Positions 1 through 10,140 are shown, numbered from the stretch's first letter. The stretch: DNA of 12,886 nt from Octopus sinensis (GCF_006345805.1 NW_021826474.1:1-12886), one strand, 5' to 3'. Notes: generated by a model from the letters alone, not told the origin. Made by a program: numbers and translations.

Positions 1-86
1 TATCTATCTATCTATCTATCTATCTATCTAGATAGATAGATAGATAGAAGATAGATAGATAGATAGTAGATAGATAGATAGTTAGT

Positions 87-143
<57 letters not shown>
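1..143. repeat. (TATC)n switching to (GATA)n tetranucleotide microsatellite
   Basis: Read directly; the orientation flips at the TCTAGA centred on 29/30. Confidence 0.95.
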
Positions 144-272
144 TGCTAGATAAGACAATGGTTAAATTATATATAGTACTATTTCTTCTGAAATAGACAG
201 AGCTCAACAAAATCAACTGTAGAGAGGGCATTTATTGTGAACCATACAGTTTTTATTATTTATTCAGACAAA

Positions 273-548
273 GGCGGCGAGCTGGAAGAAACTGGGGGCG
301 GGGCGATATAATCGACTTAATCGAGTGTCTATCCTTGTTTGTCCCCTCTGTGTTTAGCCCCTTGTGGGTAGTAAAGAAATAGGTATTTCGCCCGTCGTTA
401 CGTTCTGTGTTCAAATTCCGCCGAAGCCGACTTTGCTTTTCATCCTTTCGAGGTCGATGAATTAAGTACCAGTTGCATAATGGGGTCGATCTAATCGACT
501 GCACCCCATCCCCCCAAAATTGCAGGACTTGTGCCTAGAAGAGAAAAG
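273..548 (+). mobile_element. tRNA-derived SINE family 1, two-unit copy with an internal deletion in the first unit
   Basis: Head GGCGGCGAGCTGG; B-box-like GTTCAAATTCC; central TTTCATCCTTTCGAGGTCGAT..AAGTACCAG block shared with other copies; terminal tail TTGTGCCTAGA. TSD ATTATTTATtCAGAcAAA (255-272) versus ATTATTTATgCAGAtAAA (549-566), 16/18 identical. Confidence 0.85.
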
Positions 549-572
549 ATTATTTATGCAGATAAACGCATT

Positions 573-700
573 CACATACACACGCACACAGAGGTTTTCA
601 CACACGTACACGCACACACCACATACACACACACATATACACATGCATATGTATGTGAGTGTATGTGTTTATGTGTGTGTATATGAAGCATATATATATT
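573..700. repeat. compound (CA)n/(TG)n/(TA)n microsatellite
   Basis: Read directly. Confidence 0.85.
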
Positions 701-703
701 GAG

Positions 704-933
704 GGCGGCGAGCTGGCAGAAACGTTAGCACGCCGGGCGAAATGCTTACCGGTATTTCGTCTGCCATTACGTTCTGAGTTCAAATTCCGCCGAAGTCGAC
801 TTTGCTTTTCATCCTTTCGGGGTCGATAAATAAAGTACCAGTTTCGCTCTGGGGTCGATGTAATCGACTTAATCGGTTTGTCTGTCCTTGTTTGTCCCCT
901 CTATGTTTAGCCCCTTGTGGGCAATAAAGAAAT
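704..933 (+). mobile_element. tRNA-derived SINE family 1, monomer
   Basis: GGCGGCGAGCTGGCAGAAACGTTAG head (A-box-like), GAGTTCAAATTCC B-box, tail ending AATAAAGAAAT; near-identical to 5416-5645. TSD TATATATATTGA at 691-702 and 935-946. Confidence 0.92.
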
Positions 934-1272
934 GTATATATATTGAACCTTGCAGGACGGATGAACAGTGTACAGTCAACGATCATCGAAAAACTAAGAG
1001 TGAGAACCTCCTGACCACTCCAAGTGAAGGACATCCGAGTTCTTGCTGGAACTTCTTTCATGGAGAAGGCAAACTCGTATAAATAAACCTGAAGGATGGT
1101 TTCTAGTCCATCTCAGCCTCTGTTGTGCCACTGTTGTTGAAGCTCATTGCACTGAAAGTGGATTCGCTGCTGTGCTAAACATCGGTGCTGTGCTAAGCAT
1201 TATCACTCAAGACAATTCACGCATAGGAAGATTTTGGACTTGTTTTTAAGAAGTGGTCATACACTGTCACAA

Positions 1273-1273
<1 letters not shown>

Positions 1274-1306
<33 letters not shown>

Positions 1307-1395
1307 TATATATATATAATATATATTGTTATATTTCGGAATGGTCATATTGCCAGTTTAGCCAATAAAATCTTGCACACAACAAATATTTAAAC

Positions 1396-1449
<54 letters not shown>

Positions 1450-1547
1450 ATATATATAATATACATATTATATATATATATATATATAATATATATATAT
1501 AATTATATATATATAATATAAATGTAATATATATATATATATATATA
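1274..1547. repeat. (CA)n and long (TA)n microsatellite with a short non-repetitive island at ~1330-1396
   Basis: Read directly. Confidence 0.9.
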
Positions 1548-1745
1548 GTTAATCCAAACATGACAAAGAGAAAACACAACAACGCGAGGACGTGGAATAA
1601 GTACAGTGTTATTGGATAGCTCAGGAAAGGAAAGAAAGAAGGAGGATTTCACGCTTCGAGCGGAGCTCTTCGTCAGTAATATAGAGAAAGTCCAAAGAAG
1701 AGAAGACAGAGAAAGAAAGTCGCCAGCGATACACACGCGGTCACA
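1545..1745 (-). mobile_element. short microsatellite-embedded repeat with a degenerate hammerhead core (Penelope-like pLTR remnant)
   Basis: Minus strand 1676->1647 reads CTGACGA-a-gagc-tcc-gctc-GAAG-cg-TG-aaa; flanked by (TA)n and (CA)n. Confidence 0.5.
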
Positions 1746-1918
1746 CACACACACAACACATACACACTCATATATTTATATATACATACATGCATACACA
1801 CACACATATATACATACAAACATTACATAGATAGATAGATACATACATATATATATATATATAAACATATATATATATGTATATATATCTATATAATATA
1901 TAATATATATATATATTG

Positions 1919-1955
<37 letters not shown>

Positions 1956-1960
1956 ATATA
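1743..1960. repeat. compound (CA)n/(GATA)n/(TA)n microsatellite
   Basis: Read directly. Confidence 0.9.
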
Positions 1961-2148
1961 TTACATTTTATAAAGGGCTTGTAAAATAAATTACTTTGCC
2001 ACATACTGAACTCATTAGAAATAGCAGCCAAAAAAATTTTAGCCAAATTCTAATACTTAAAGAAAATTTCTCTCAGATAGTGCTTACTCAAAATAGCCCA
2101 CGAAGGTATGGGGGTAAAAACATTAAAAAATCACAAGTGCAAAGGTTA

Positions 2149-2210
2149 TTTGAGAACGTACGTTTCTAGATCAGCCAAATACAATTCGACATTTCTTTCG
2201 TCAGCCCAAA
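2149..2210 (-). ncRNA. type I hammerhead ribozyme motif (minimal, palindromic stem III)
   Basis: Minus strand: uuuggg CUGACGA a-aga-aau-gucgaa-uugua-uuuggc-uga-ucu-a GAAA cguacg UU cucaaa. Stem I uuuggg/cucaaa (6 bp, one G-U); stem II aga/ucu plus gucgaa/uuuggc; predicted cleavage after GUU. The base of stem II has an A-A mismatch. Confidence 0.72.
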
Positions 2211-2862
2211 ATTCCTTAATTCGGATTTGTAAACACTGAAAGTAGGAGCATACCTTTGGCGACTTTTCACCTCCGAAGATCTGTTCAGACTAACAGTGCC
2301 AACAAATTCAAAATATGCAAGCGAAGAATTTCTGCCCTCCCCTTTCCACCCACGTGGGCTAACCTAGCAACACCATAATTTTATCGGTGAAAACCGAAGC
2401 ATTAAACAGAGAGAAATGAATTATAATTTCAACAATTGAGGGTAAAATTAATAATTATTAATCAATTTCACCAAGTATTCAGTATGTAAAGGGACCATTT
2501 AAGCGAATCAAAATATTACATTTTATAAAGGGCTTGGTAAAATAAATACTTTGCCACATACTGAACTCATTAGAAATAGCAGCCAAAAAAATTTTTTAGC
2601 CAAATTCTAATACTTAAAGAAAATTTCTCTCAGATAGTGCTTACTCAAAATAGCCTTCGTGGGCTATTTTGAGTAAGCACTATCTGAGAGAAATTTTCTT
2701 TAAGTATTAGAATTGGCTAAAAAAAAAAGGGGAGGGCAGAAATTCTTCGCTTGCATATTTTGAATTTGGTGGCACTGTTAGTCTGAACAGATCTTCGGAG
2801 GTGAGAAAGTCGCCAAAAGGGTATGCTCCTACTTTCAGTGTTTACAAATCCGATTAAGGAAT

Positions 2863-2923
2863 TTTGGGCTGACGAAAGAAATGTCGAATTGTATTTGGCT
2901 GATCTAGAACGTACGTTCTCAAA
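2863..2923 (+). ncRNA. type I hammerhead ribozyme motif, inverted copy lacking one A of GAAA
   Basis: tttggg CTGACGA aaga...tcta GAA cgtacg TT ctcaaa; same as 2149-2210 except GAAA->GAA (mutation or homopolymer error). Confidence 0.6.
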
Positions 2924-3202
2924 TAACCTTTGCACTTGTGATTTTTTATGTTTGTACCCCCATACCTTCGTAGGCTATTTTGAGTAAGCACTATCTGAGA
3001 GAAATTCTTTAAGTATTAGAATTTGGCTAAAAAAATTTGTTTGGCTGCTATTTCTAATGAGTTCAGTAGTGTGGCAAAGTAATTTATTTTACTAAGCCCT
3101 TTATAAAATGTAATATTTTGAATTCGCCTTAAATGGTCCCTTTACATACTGAATACTTGGTGAAATTGATTAATAATTAATTAATTTTACCCTCAATTGT
3201 TG

Positions 3203-3340
<138 letters not shown>

Positions 3341-3344
<4 letters not shown>

Positions 3345-3570
3345 TTATACCCACAAGCTAAACGTCCCAACAAGAACGTACGGGGACAAAAAAGGACAGA
3401 CAAAGGGGTTGAGTCGATTACATCGACCCAGTGCGTACTGGTACTTATTTATCGACCCCGAGAGGATGAAGGCAAAGTCGACCGGCGGAATTTGAACTCA
3501 GAACGTAACGACAGACGAAATACGGCTACGCATTTCGCCCGCGCGCTAACGTTTCTGCAGCTCGCCTTCC
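3341..3570 (-). mobile_element. tRNA-derived SINE family 1, diverged monomer
   Basis: Reverse complement of the 704-933 pattern (GGAATTTGAACTCAGAACGTAACG, CTGGTACTTATTTATCGACCCCG). Confidence 0.88.
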
Positions 3571-3700
3571 TATATATATATATATGTATATTTACATATA
3601 CAAATAGATGTACTGTCATACATACATACATGCATACGTATGTACGTATATATATATATATATGCATGTATGCATATGTATACATAAATATGTATGAATG
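3571..3700. repeat. degenerate (TA)n/(TACA)n/(TATG)n microsatellite
   Basis: Read directly. Confidence 0.8.
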
Positions 3701-4116
3701 AAATTCTTTCTCTCTTTATTAAATTATCATTCTTCGTATTTTTTAAACTTTATACGTCAATCGGTGTGTATATTTCGTAGTCAAGACTGAAATTAATTGG
3801 GTAATAATATAATTACACGTTAATGATCTCGTTATAATTTATAATATAATATGTACATTTATATTAATCTCTAAGTAAAAGAAAACCTTGCTGGAGGCTT
3901 AGCTTGCATAAACTGACTAATATTTCAATATTTAACGAGCTTTAATCAAGTGAGTTAAGCGTTATAGCTAGAGGCCGTCCTTAAAATGCCAAAGTCAGAT
4001 GCTTAGCTAAAATATCTGTCTACATATCTACGATATACAATTTAACGATCTACTTATGCAGGGTGACTATGTTTAGATTTAATGGTACCTTAGAGGAAAT
4101 ACTGATCAGCTAAAGT

Positions 4117-4165
4117 TAACGTTGTAGATGGTGTTTCTTTCTTATAACGTTGTAGATGGTGTTTC
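4117..4165 (+). repeat. 21-bp perfect direct duplication TAACGTTGTAGATGGTGTTTC
   Basis: Copies at 4117-4137 and 4145-4165. Confidence 0.9.
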
Positions 4166-4204
4166 GTCCATCAGAGTAATGTAACTAAGCAACCAACAAA
4201 CCAC

Positions 4205-4216
4205 GCAAGCAAGGAG

Positions 4217-4252
<36 letters not shown>
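4205..4252. repeat. (GCAA)n microsatellite
   Basis: Read directly. Confidence 0.9.
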
Positions 4253-4306
4253 CAAACCGGTCGACCAATTGACTAAACAATCAGTCAATCAAATCGTTTA
4301 CACGAC

Positions 4307-4400
<94 letters not shown>

Positions 4401-4580
4401 TTTTGTCCTCTTTCTTTCCATTTACGATCCCTTTTGATCGAAAACCAAACCCCCTTCTTTTACCCCCAAAAGAAAAGCTCTACTTGTAATTTTGTCCTGT
4501 CTGTGTGCAGCCCTGTGTGGCTAATAAAGAACATATCTATCTATCATCTATCTATCTATTCTATCTATCTATCTATCTAA

Positions 4581-4616
<36 letters not shown>

Positions 4617-4643
4617 CATCCATCCAACTATCTATCTGTCTAT

Positions 4644-4734
<91 letters not shown>

Positions 4735-4753
4735 CCTACCTGTCTGTCTGTCT
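4307..4753. repeat. (TATC)n microsatellite interrupted by a ~135-bp insert
   Basis: Tracts at 4307-4397 and 4534-4753. Confidence 0.92.
4412..4533 (+). mobile_element. 5'-truncated SINE-like 3' tail fragment
   Basis: End TTTGTCCTGTCTGTGTGCAGCCCTGTGTGGCTAATAAAGAA resembles the family 1 tail TTTGTCCCCTCTGTGTTTAGCCCCTTGTGGGTAATAAAGAA; the upstream part differs. Confidence 0.5.
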
Positions 4754-4798
4754 ATAATATGCTTAGAAACGAAAGAACTGAAGTATTTATAGGTTACA

Positions 4799-5189
4799 TC
4801 TTTTACTCTTTTACTTGTTTCAGTTATTTGACTGCGGCCATGCTGGAGCACAGCCTATAGTCGAACAAATCGACTCCAGAACTTATTCTTAGTAAGCCTA
4901 GTACTTTTTTCTGTTGGTCTCTTTTGCTGAACCACTAATTTACCGGGACGTAAACACACCAGCATCGGTTGTCAAGCGATGGTGGTGGGAAAAACACAGA
5001 CACGAAAGCATATACATACATACACACACACACATATATATACATATATATATACGACGGGCTTCTTTCAGTTCCCGTCTTCCAAATCCACTCACAAGAC
5101 TTTGGTCGGCCCGAGACTATAGCAGAAGACACTTGCCCAAGTTACTACGCAGTGTGACTAAACCCAGAACCATGTGGTTGGTAAGCAAG
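4799..5189 (-). mobile_element. tRNA-derived SINE family 2 (CORE-like, internal microsatellite), head slightly truncated
   Basis: Colinear with 11823-12217; minus strand has CTTGGGCAAGTG (CORE-like), an internal (TG/TA)n tract and an (AAAAGAGT)-type repeated tail. Confidence 0.88.
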
Positions 5190-5225
5190 ACACCACGATA
5201 CTTCTATAATGGAGACATACATATT

Positions 5226-5362
5226 CGCAACCATCCATACTCCTGTCCATCCATGCATCCATCCCTGCATCTATGCATCCATCCTTGCATCCATGCGTCC
5301 ATCCCTGCATCATCCATCCATCCCTGCATCCATAAATTGGATCCATCCATGCATCCCTTCAC
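5226..5362. repeat. degenerate (CATC)n / CATCCATG / CATCCATCCCTG compound repeat
   Basis: Read directly; it explains the PSMH/WMDG pseudo-ORFs. Confidence 0.85.
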
Positions 5363-5415
5363 CCATACGTAGTACGTACATATATCCATGCGTATGTTCA
5401 AAGGTAAAGACACAC

Positions 5416-5645
5416 GGCGGCGAGCTGGCAGAAACGTTAGCACGCCGGGCGAAATGCTTAGCGGTATTTCGTCTGCGTTACGTTGTGAGTTCAAATTCCG
5501 CCGAGGTCGACTTTGCCTTTCATCCTTTCGGGGTCGATAAATCAAGTACCAGTTACGAACTGGGGTCGATGTAATCGACTTAATACCTATGTCTGTCCTT
5601 GTTTGTCCCCTCTGTGTTTAGCCCCTTGTGGGGTAATAAAGAAAT
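5416..5645 (+). mobile_element. tRNA-derived SINE family 1, monomer
   Basis: Full head, B-box and tail; TSD AGGTAaAGACACAC (5402-5415) versus AGGTAtAGACACAC (5646-5659). Confidence 0.93.
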
Positions 5646-6065
5646 AGGTATAGACACACGCATATATTTTACTTCTTTATAGCTGTCATACTTAAAGCCA
5701 CACTGGAGTATACACTGCTGTTTGATCTATGTTTCGGATGAAGTCTTTCCTCTATATCTTATCTTAAGTTCAACTTTCTTGCATGTTTAGTTGCTATTGT
5801 TGTCATTTAGCCACATATTAGTTGTGATATATAAAATCTATGATTAAAGACGTTTCATCCGTGATCATCTTGTATTTTTCAAACTCAGCGTATCCCAGAA
5901 CTACATTTTCTAATAAGATGGTAAAATGATCTGACTGAATATTTGGCTGCCATTTTCATCAGGGTGGGCAGCTATGTAGTCAAATTAAATTTGACTCCTG
6001 TTTTTTAGGAAATAATATAGTTACACTACTATTCCTTTTCCATGCTGAAATATTGTAGTTTATCG

Positions 6066-6350
6066 CATGACTTTGTTGGAAACTTTTGCAAAGCCCACGT
6101 ATATAAATTCTATATTTGCTAGGTTTAGTAGATGCTTTATCATCCGAGCATAAAGCTACAGCAGCTGCTTGGGGTAGACTCTGCTTTGGTATTCGATATT
6201 ACTCAGCAAGTTATTTTCGCTCAGGAACATAATTAGTTTCTTTCTGATATTCCACTTTTTTGCCCTCGCCTACAAGTAAAGTCAGAGAGATAGGCCTGTG
6301 GTATTTAATATCTGCATGAGTTTCTGCATTATGGACTGCATGTAATATAT
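6066..6350 (-). mobile_element. decayed non-LTR retrotransposon reverse transcriptase fragment (CR1/L2-like)
   Basis: Manual minus-strand translation with frameshifts: ILHAVHNAETHADIKYHRPISLTLLVG ... IRKKLIMFLSENNLLSN ... ANIEFIYVGFAKVSNKV. This matches the order of the LINE RT motifs NYRPISLT, FLxxNxLLS and VIYLDFAKAFDKV. Confidence 0.75.
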
Positions 6351-8432
6351 TATGCTCTGTATGAGGTGTTTGTAGTTACTTGCATTGGCAGCGACATTCA
6401 CCGAGGTGGGTTGAGCCGGCTCCGACCAACGAGTTCTCCACATTCCTCACGAATTCTGTCGACATCCGATGGCCGACCGTAGTCATCAATCGTTGTTGGG
6501 TTGTAGAGTTCGTGTTCGGAGTTTCAGTGGGAATACAAATTCACATATGTTCACATGTGTCACATGCATACTCATCTTGGGATAGTGTGATTCGTAGCAG
6601 CTAATCTTGCCTTCGGCTGTCGACCGTCGCAGAGGTAGCCATCAATACGAAGGAAGAATTGTAATTGATGCCATTTGTAGAATCCGAACCCACAACTGCA
6701 TATCGGTTATATATGTTTCCAAGTTATCTTGTAAGACCAATATAGATGTGTCTCCAAGGGCCACTATAGAACAAAAGCTGATCCCCAACTGTATTAGCGT
6801 TTATACAGACTCTATGCAATATTATTGGCCCCCAAGGAACCAATGTTTAGTCTCTCTTCGTTTAAATATACATAGTTCTATAGTAGATTTAGGTTCTCTG
6901 TAAACAAATCAGTTGTTAATTAAGCATTAATTAAAGGAGGCATTGTTCTTGCTAATTAATTTGTAATTGAAATGAACAGTGCGAAATGAGCTCTCGGCAA
7001 GACCGAATCAGGGATCGAATTTCGATTTCTCAATGTAAACAATTCCCTTCAAAGATATTGCTAACGCTTTTAATGAATATATGGACGATGCTGGATCTAA
7101 TTTTATAGCTGTCCGGTTAGATGAGAAAGAGTAAAGTCAGAGACATTTTGCCATTATTGATAACAGTCATATTTCCAACTATGTTCATTATGATCTACTG
7201 ATTTACACCTCCTAACTCAACGAATTCATCCTATTCACCTTACCATCTCATTCTCAGTTTCTTCAGTTCCGACGACTGTGTAATAAAAACTTCGATCTTT
7301 CGAAATCCGGCGCAGTTCCTTCATCGTACGCCATTACTCTGCAACTCAGCCTTCCAGCGATCCCAAACCATAAATGAAACTAGAGTTCACCTTTCTACGA
7401 CTTTTCACATGTCCGCCCTCTCATTTCAACGAACAATGCTCGGTAACTTACATTTACTTTCTTCTCAGTCTCCCCCAAATCTACCACTTCTCTCTTTTAA
7501 AAGTGACAAAAAACGTGTTGTAAACTCTGTAAATTCCCTGTACACGAGTAAAAACAAGATGAAGTCTAGGTATTTCTAAAGTGTTTAAATTATTCCAAAC
7601 AATCCCCAAATCCGTTGCTTGACATTCTGATTCCCCAGGTGAACACAGCCAGTTCTAAGCACATATATCCTAGTATAAACAGATCAAACCGAAGGAAATT
7701 ATCTCCTAATTGATGTATCAATTCCAGTAGCAAAACTAGCGAAATAAAAAAATACTTGCAAATAGAGATAAACACAATGTGGATTCGAAACCGAAATCTC
7801 TATAATAATAGACATTGTATGTAGCATTACTGTACCAGTCATAGCATCTAGTAGTATTGAAATGAAAAGTAACAGGTCTGCATTCTGTAAATCGCACCAA
7901 TAAAAATCTAAAAATTTCGCAATGTGCATGACATCTAATGGCTATACATCCCAATGTTTATAATGTGTATGATATCCAACAACAGTACATCCCAAGAAAA
8001 GAATGTTAAAGGAGATAGCTACTAATTTTGCCTTCTACCTATCCATTTCTGAAGAGGTCTGCTATGTGCCCTTGTTGAATAGATCGTACAACACGTAATA
8101 AATCGATTACCAATGAAAGAACAAAATCCTCTTTTGTAAATCGCATTAGATTTTTAACTACTTAATCCTAAAACTAAGACAGCAACAAAAACTGGCATAC
8201 TGATGGCAAATTATCCAATCGCATTAAACAACCATAAAGACATTTCTTTAAATAACCAATGTTTACGTGGGTTGCATTCCCGACTCGACTATGTGAATAA
8301 ATCCAATCCGAATGGAACAGAATAACTTGGTGAGAAATAAACATGTAGTCATGTCAGAAATTATATTTATATTACCACTGTTTTCATAAAGACAATGAAC
8401 AGGAAAAAAAGCACAGGTCATTTCACTTATAA

Positions 8433-8534
8433 ATAGATAGATAGATAGATAGATAGATAGGTAGATAGATAGATATACATACACACATTCGTCCGCACGT
8501 ACGCGCACACACACATATATATGCACACGCGCAC
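8433..8534. repeat. (GATA)n and (CA)n microsatellite
   Basis: Read directly. Confidence 0.9.
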
Positions 8535-8835
8535 AAATCTATTGAATAATTTTTATTCGGTTTTATAACTAACTATATAACACGTGGTAGTGTTGTTTAC
8601 TTCGGTTCAATCTTGACTGGACAGAACTATTACCCAAAATCTTTCAAATTATGCCCATACTGTCTTTTGTTTTATTTTCAGGGCATTATTCAATGTGCTT
8701 CCTTACCTGCTGTCCTGGTGTCTCTTCCATAATCGCATATTCATTCCGGAGAATTGTTGCCGTTTGCCATTGTCTCTCCTCATTGAGAGTCGGGAGCAAT
8801 TGCCGTTTTGTGCTTCGAGATTACCTTGCTTAGCT

Positions 8836-9259
8836 CCATTTTCAAAGGTAACCCGGGCCTTCATATCCTTATGGACATCTCTGGTTATAGTCACAAACTT
8901 TTCAAGGCAGCCAAATTTCTTCAGCACCAACCATAATGGATTCCTATTAATTGTCTCAAAAGCTTTGCTAAAATCCACAAAACAATGGCACAAGCCCATG
9001 CTTAGTTCGTTGTATTTCTCTTGCAACTGCCGGATAATTGAGATCTTATGAACTGTCTCTCGAGAAACGCAGAATCCACATTGTGACTCCGTTACAACTC
9101 TCGGGACAATGAATTTACCAAGGCTATCTAAGAGAACACGCGGAAGCACCTTTCCAACAACTGACAACAAAGATATTCCACGGAAATTTCTACATAAGTT
9201 CTTGGGAAATAGAATAGAACCAACCCAGTCTTGAGATCCCTTCCTCTTTCTTCCAGTAT
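8836..9259 (-). mobile_element. RTE-clade LINE reverse transcriptase fragment (3' part), decayed
   Basis: ORF 8703-9170 plus upstream sequence gives SQDW...CRNFRGISLLSVVGKVLPRVLL...ESQCGF...RQLQEK...FVDFSKAFETINRNPLWLVLKKFGCLEKFV...MKARV, typical RTE RT motifs; truncated before the catalytic DD motif. Confidence 0.92.
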
Positions 9260-9275
9260 TATTTAAGAAAAGGAA

Positions 9276-10040
9276 GACGGTGAGCTGGCAGAATCGTTAG
9301 CGCGCCGGACGAAATGCTTAGCGGTATTTCGTCTGCCGCTACGTTCTGAGTTCAAATTCTGCCGAGGTCGACTTTGCCTTTCATCCTTTCGGGGTCGATA
9401 AATTAAGTACCAGTTACGCTCTGGGGTCGATATAATCGACTTAATACCTATGTCTGTCCTTGTTTGTCCCCTCTATGTTTAGCCCCTTGTGGGTAATAAA
9501 GAAATAGGTATTTCGTCTGCCGCTACGTTCTGAGTTCAAATTCTGCCGAGGTCGACTTTGCCTTTCATCCTTTCGGGGTCGATAAATAAGTACCAGTTAC
9601 GCACTGGGGTCGATATAATCGACTTAATACCTATGTCTGTCCTTGTTTGTCCCCTCTATGTTTAGCCCCTTGTGGGTAATAAAGAAATAGGTATTTCGTC
9701 TGCCGCTACGTTCTGAGTTCAAATTCTGCCGAGGTCGACTTTGCCTTTCATCCTTTCGGGGTCGATTAAATAAGTACCAGTTACGCACTGGGGTCGATAT
9801 AATCGACTTAATCCGTTTGTCTGTCTTTGTTTGTCCTCTCTATGTTTAACCCCTTGTGGGTAGTAAAGAAATAGGTATTTCGTTTGTCTTTACGTTCTGA
9901 GTTCAAATTCCGCTGAGGTCAAGTTTGCCTTTCATTCTTTCGGCGTCGATGAATTAAGTACCAGTTGCGTACTGGTGTCGACTTAATCGACTGGCCGCCT
10001 CCCCAAAAATTTTGGGCCTTGTGCCTAGAGTAGAAAAGAA
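9276..10040 (+). mobile_element. tRNA-derived SINE family 1, four-unit head-to-tail array inserted in the RTE fragment
   Basis: One head, then units starting GGTATTTCG at 9323, 9507, 9690 and 9874 (period 183-184); the last unit has a different tail. TSD TATTTAAgAAAAGGAA (9260-9275) versus TATTTAAcAAAAGGAA (10041-10056). Confidence 0.93.
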
Positions 10041-10056
10041 TATTTAACAAAAGGAA

Positions 10057-10140
10057 TAGAGTAGTTCGGTCATCCTTTCCTCCACCAAATTTCAAAATTT
10101 CTGAGCTAATGCCATCAGTACCCGGAGCTATTTTAGAACT
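10057..10140 (-). mobile_element. RTE-clade LINE fragment (5' continuation of 8836-9259)
   Basis: Minus translation SSKIAPGTDGISSEILKFGG matches the KAPGxDGIxxExxK motif that precedes the RT core. Confidence 0.85.

Noticed and set aside
5800-5980. Possible old interspersed repeat (also ~8585-8700)
   Set aside because: Too degenerate to define boundaries or family from this window alone.
6607-6903. Plus-strand ORF with LIPNCISVYTDSMQYY resembling an IS1595/Merlin transposase motif
   Set aside because: Only one short fuzzy motif; no other DDE motifs or TIRs were seen.
8050-8080. CTGAAGA hammerhead-like start
   Set aside because: No GAAA after the hairpin and no stem I or III.
7560-8400. Hydrophobic minus-strand ORF fragments as a membrane protein or GPCR exon
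   Set aside because: Stops occur in all frames, no family motif is recognisable, and T-rich DNA gives hydrophobic translations by default.
8703-9170. 155-aa ORF as an intact host gene
   Set aside because: It is a truncated RTE RT fragment lacking the catalytic motif and interrupted upstream by a SINE.
9323-10040. Regularly spaced repeats as a CRISPR array
   Set aside because: Units are ~184 bp near-identical SINE bodies with no unique spacers, in a eukaryotic context with no cas genes.
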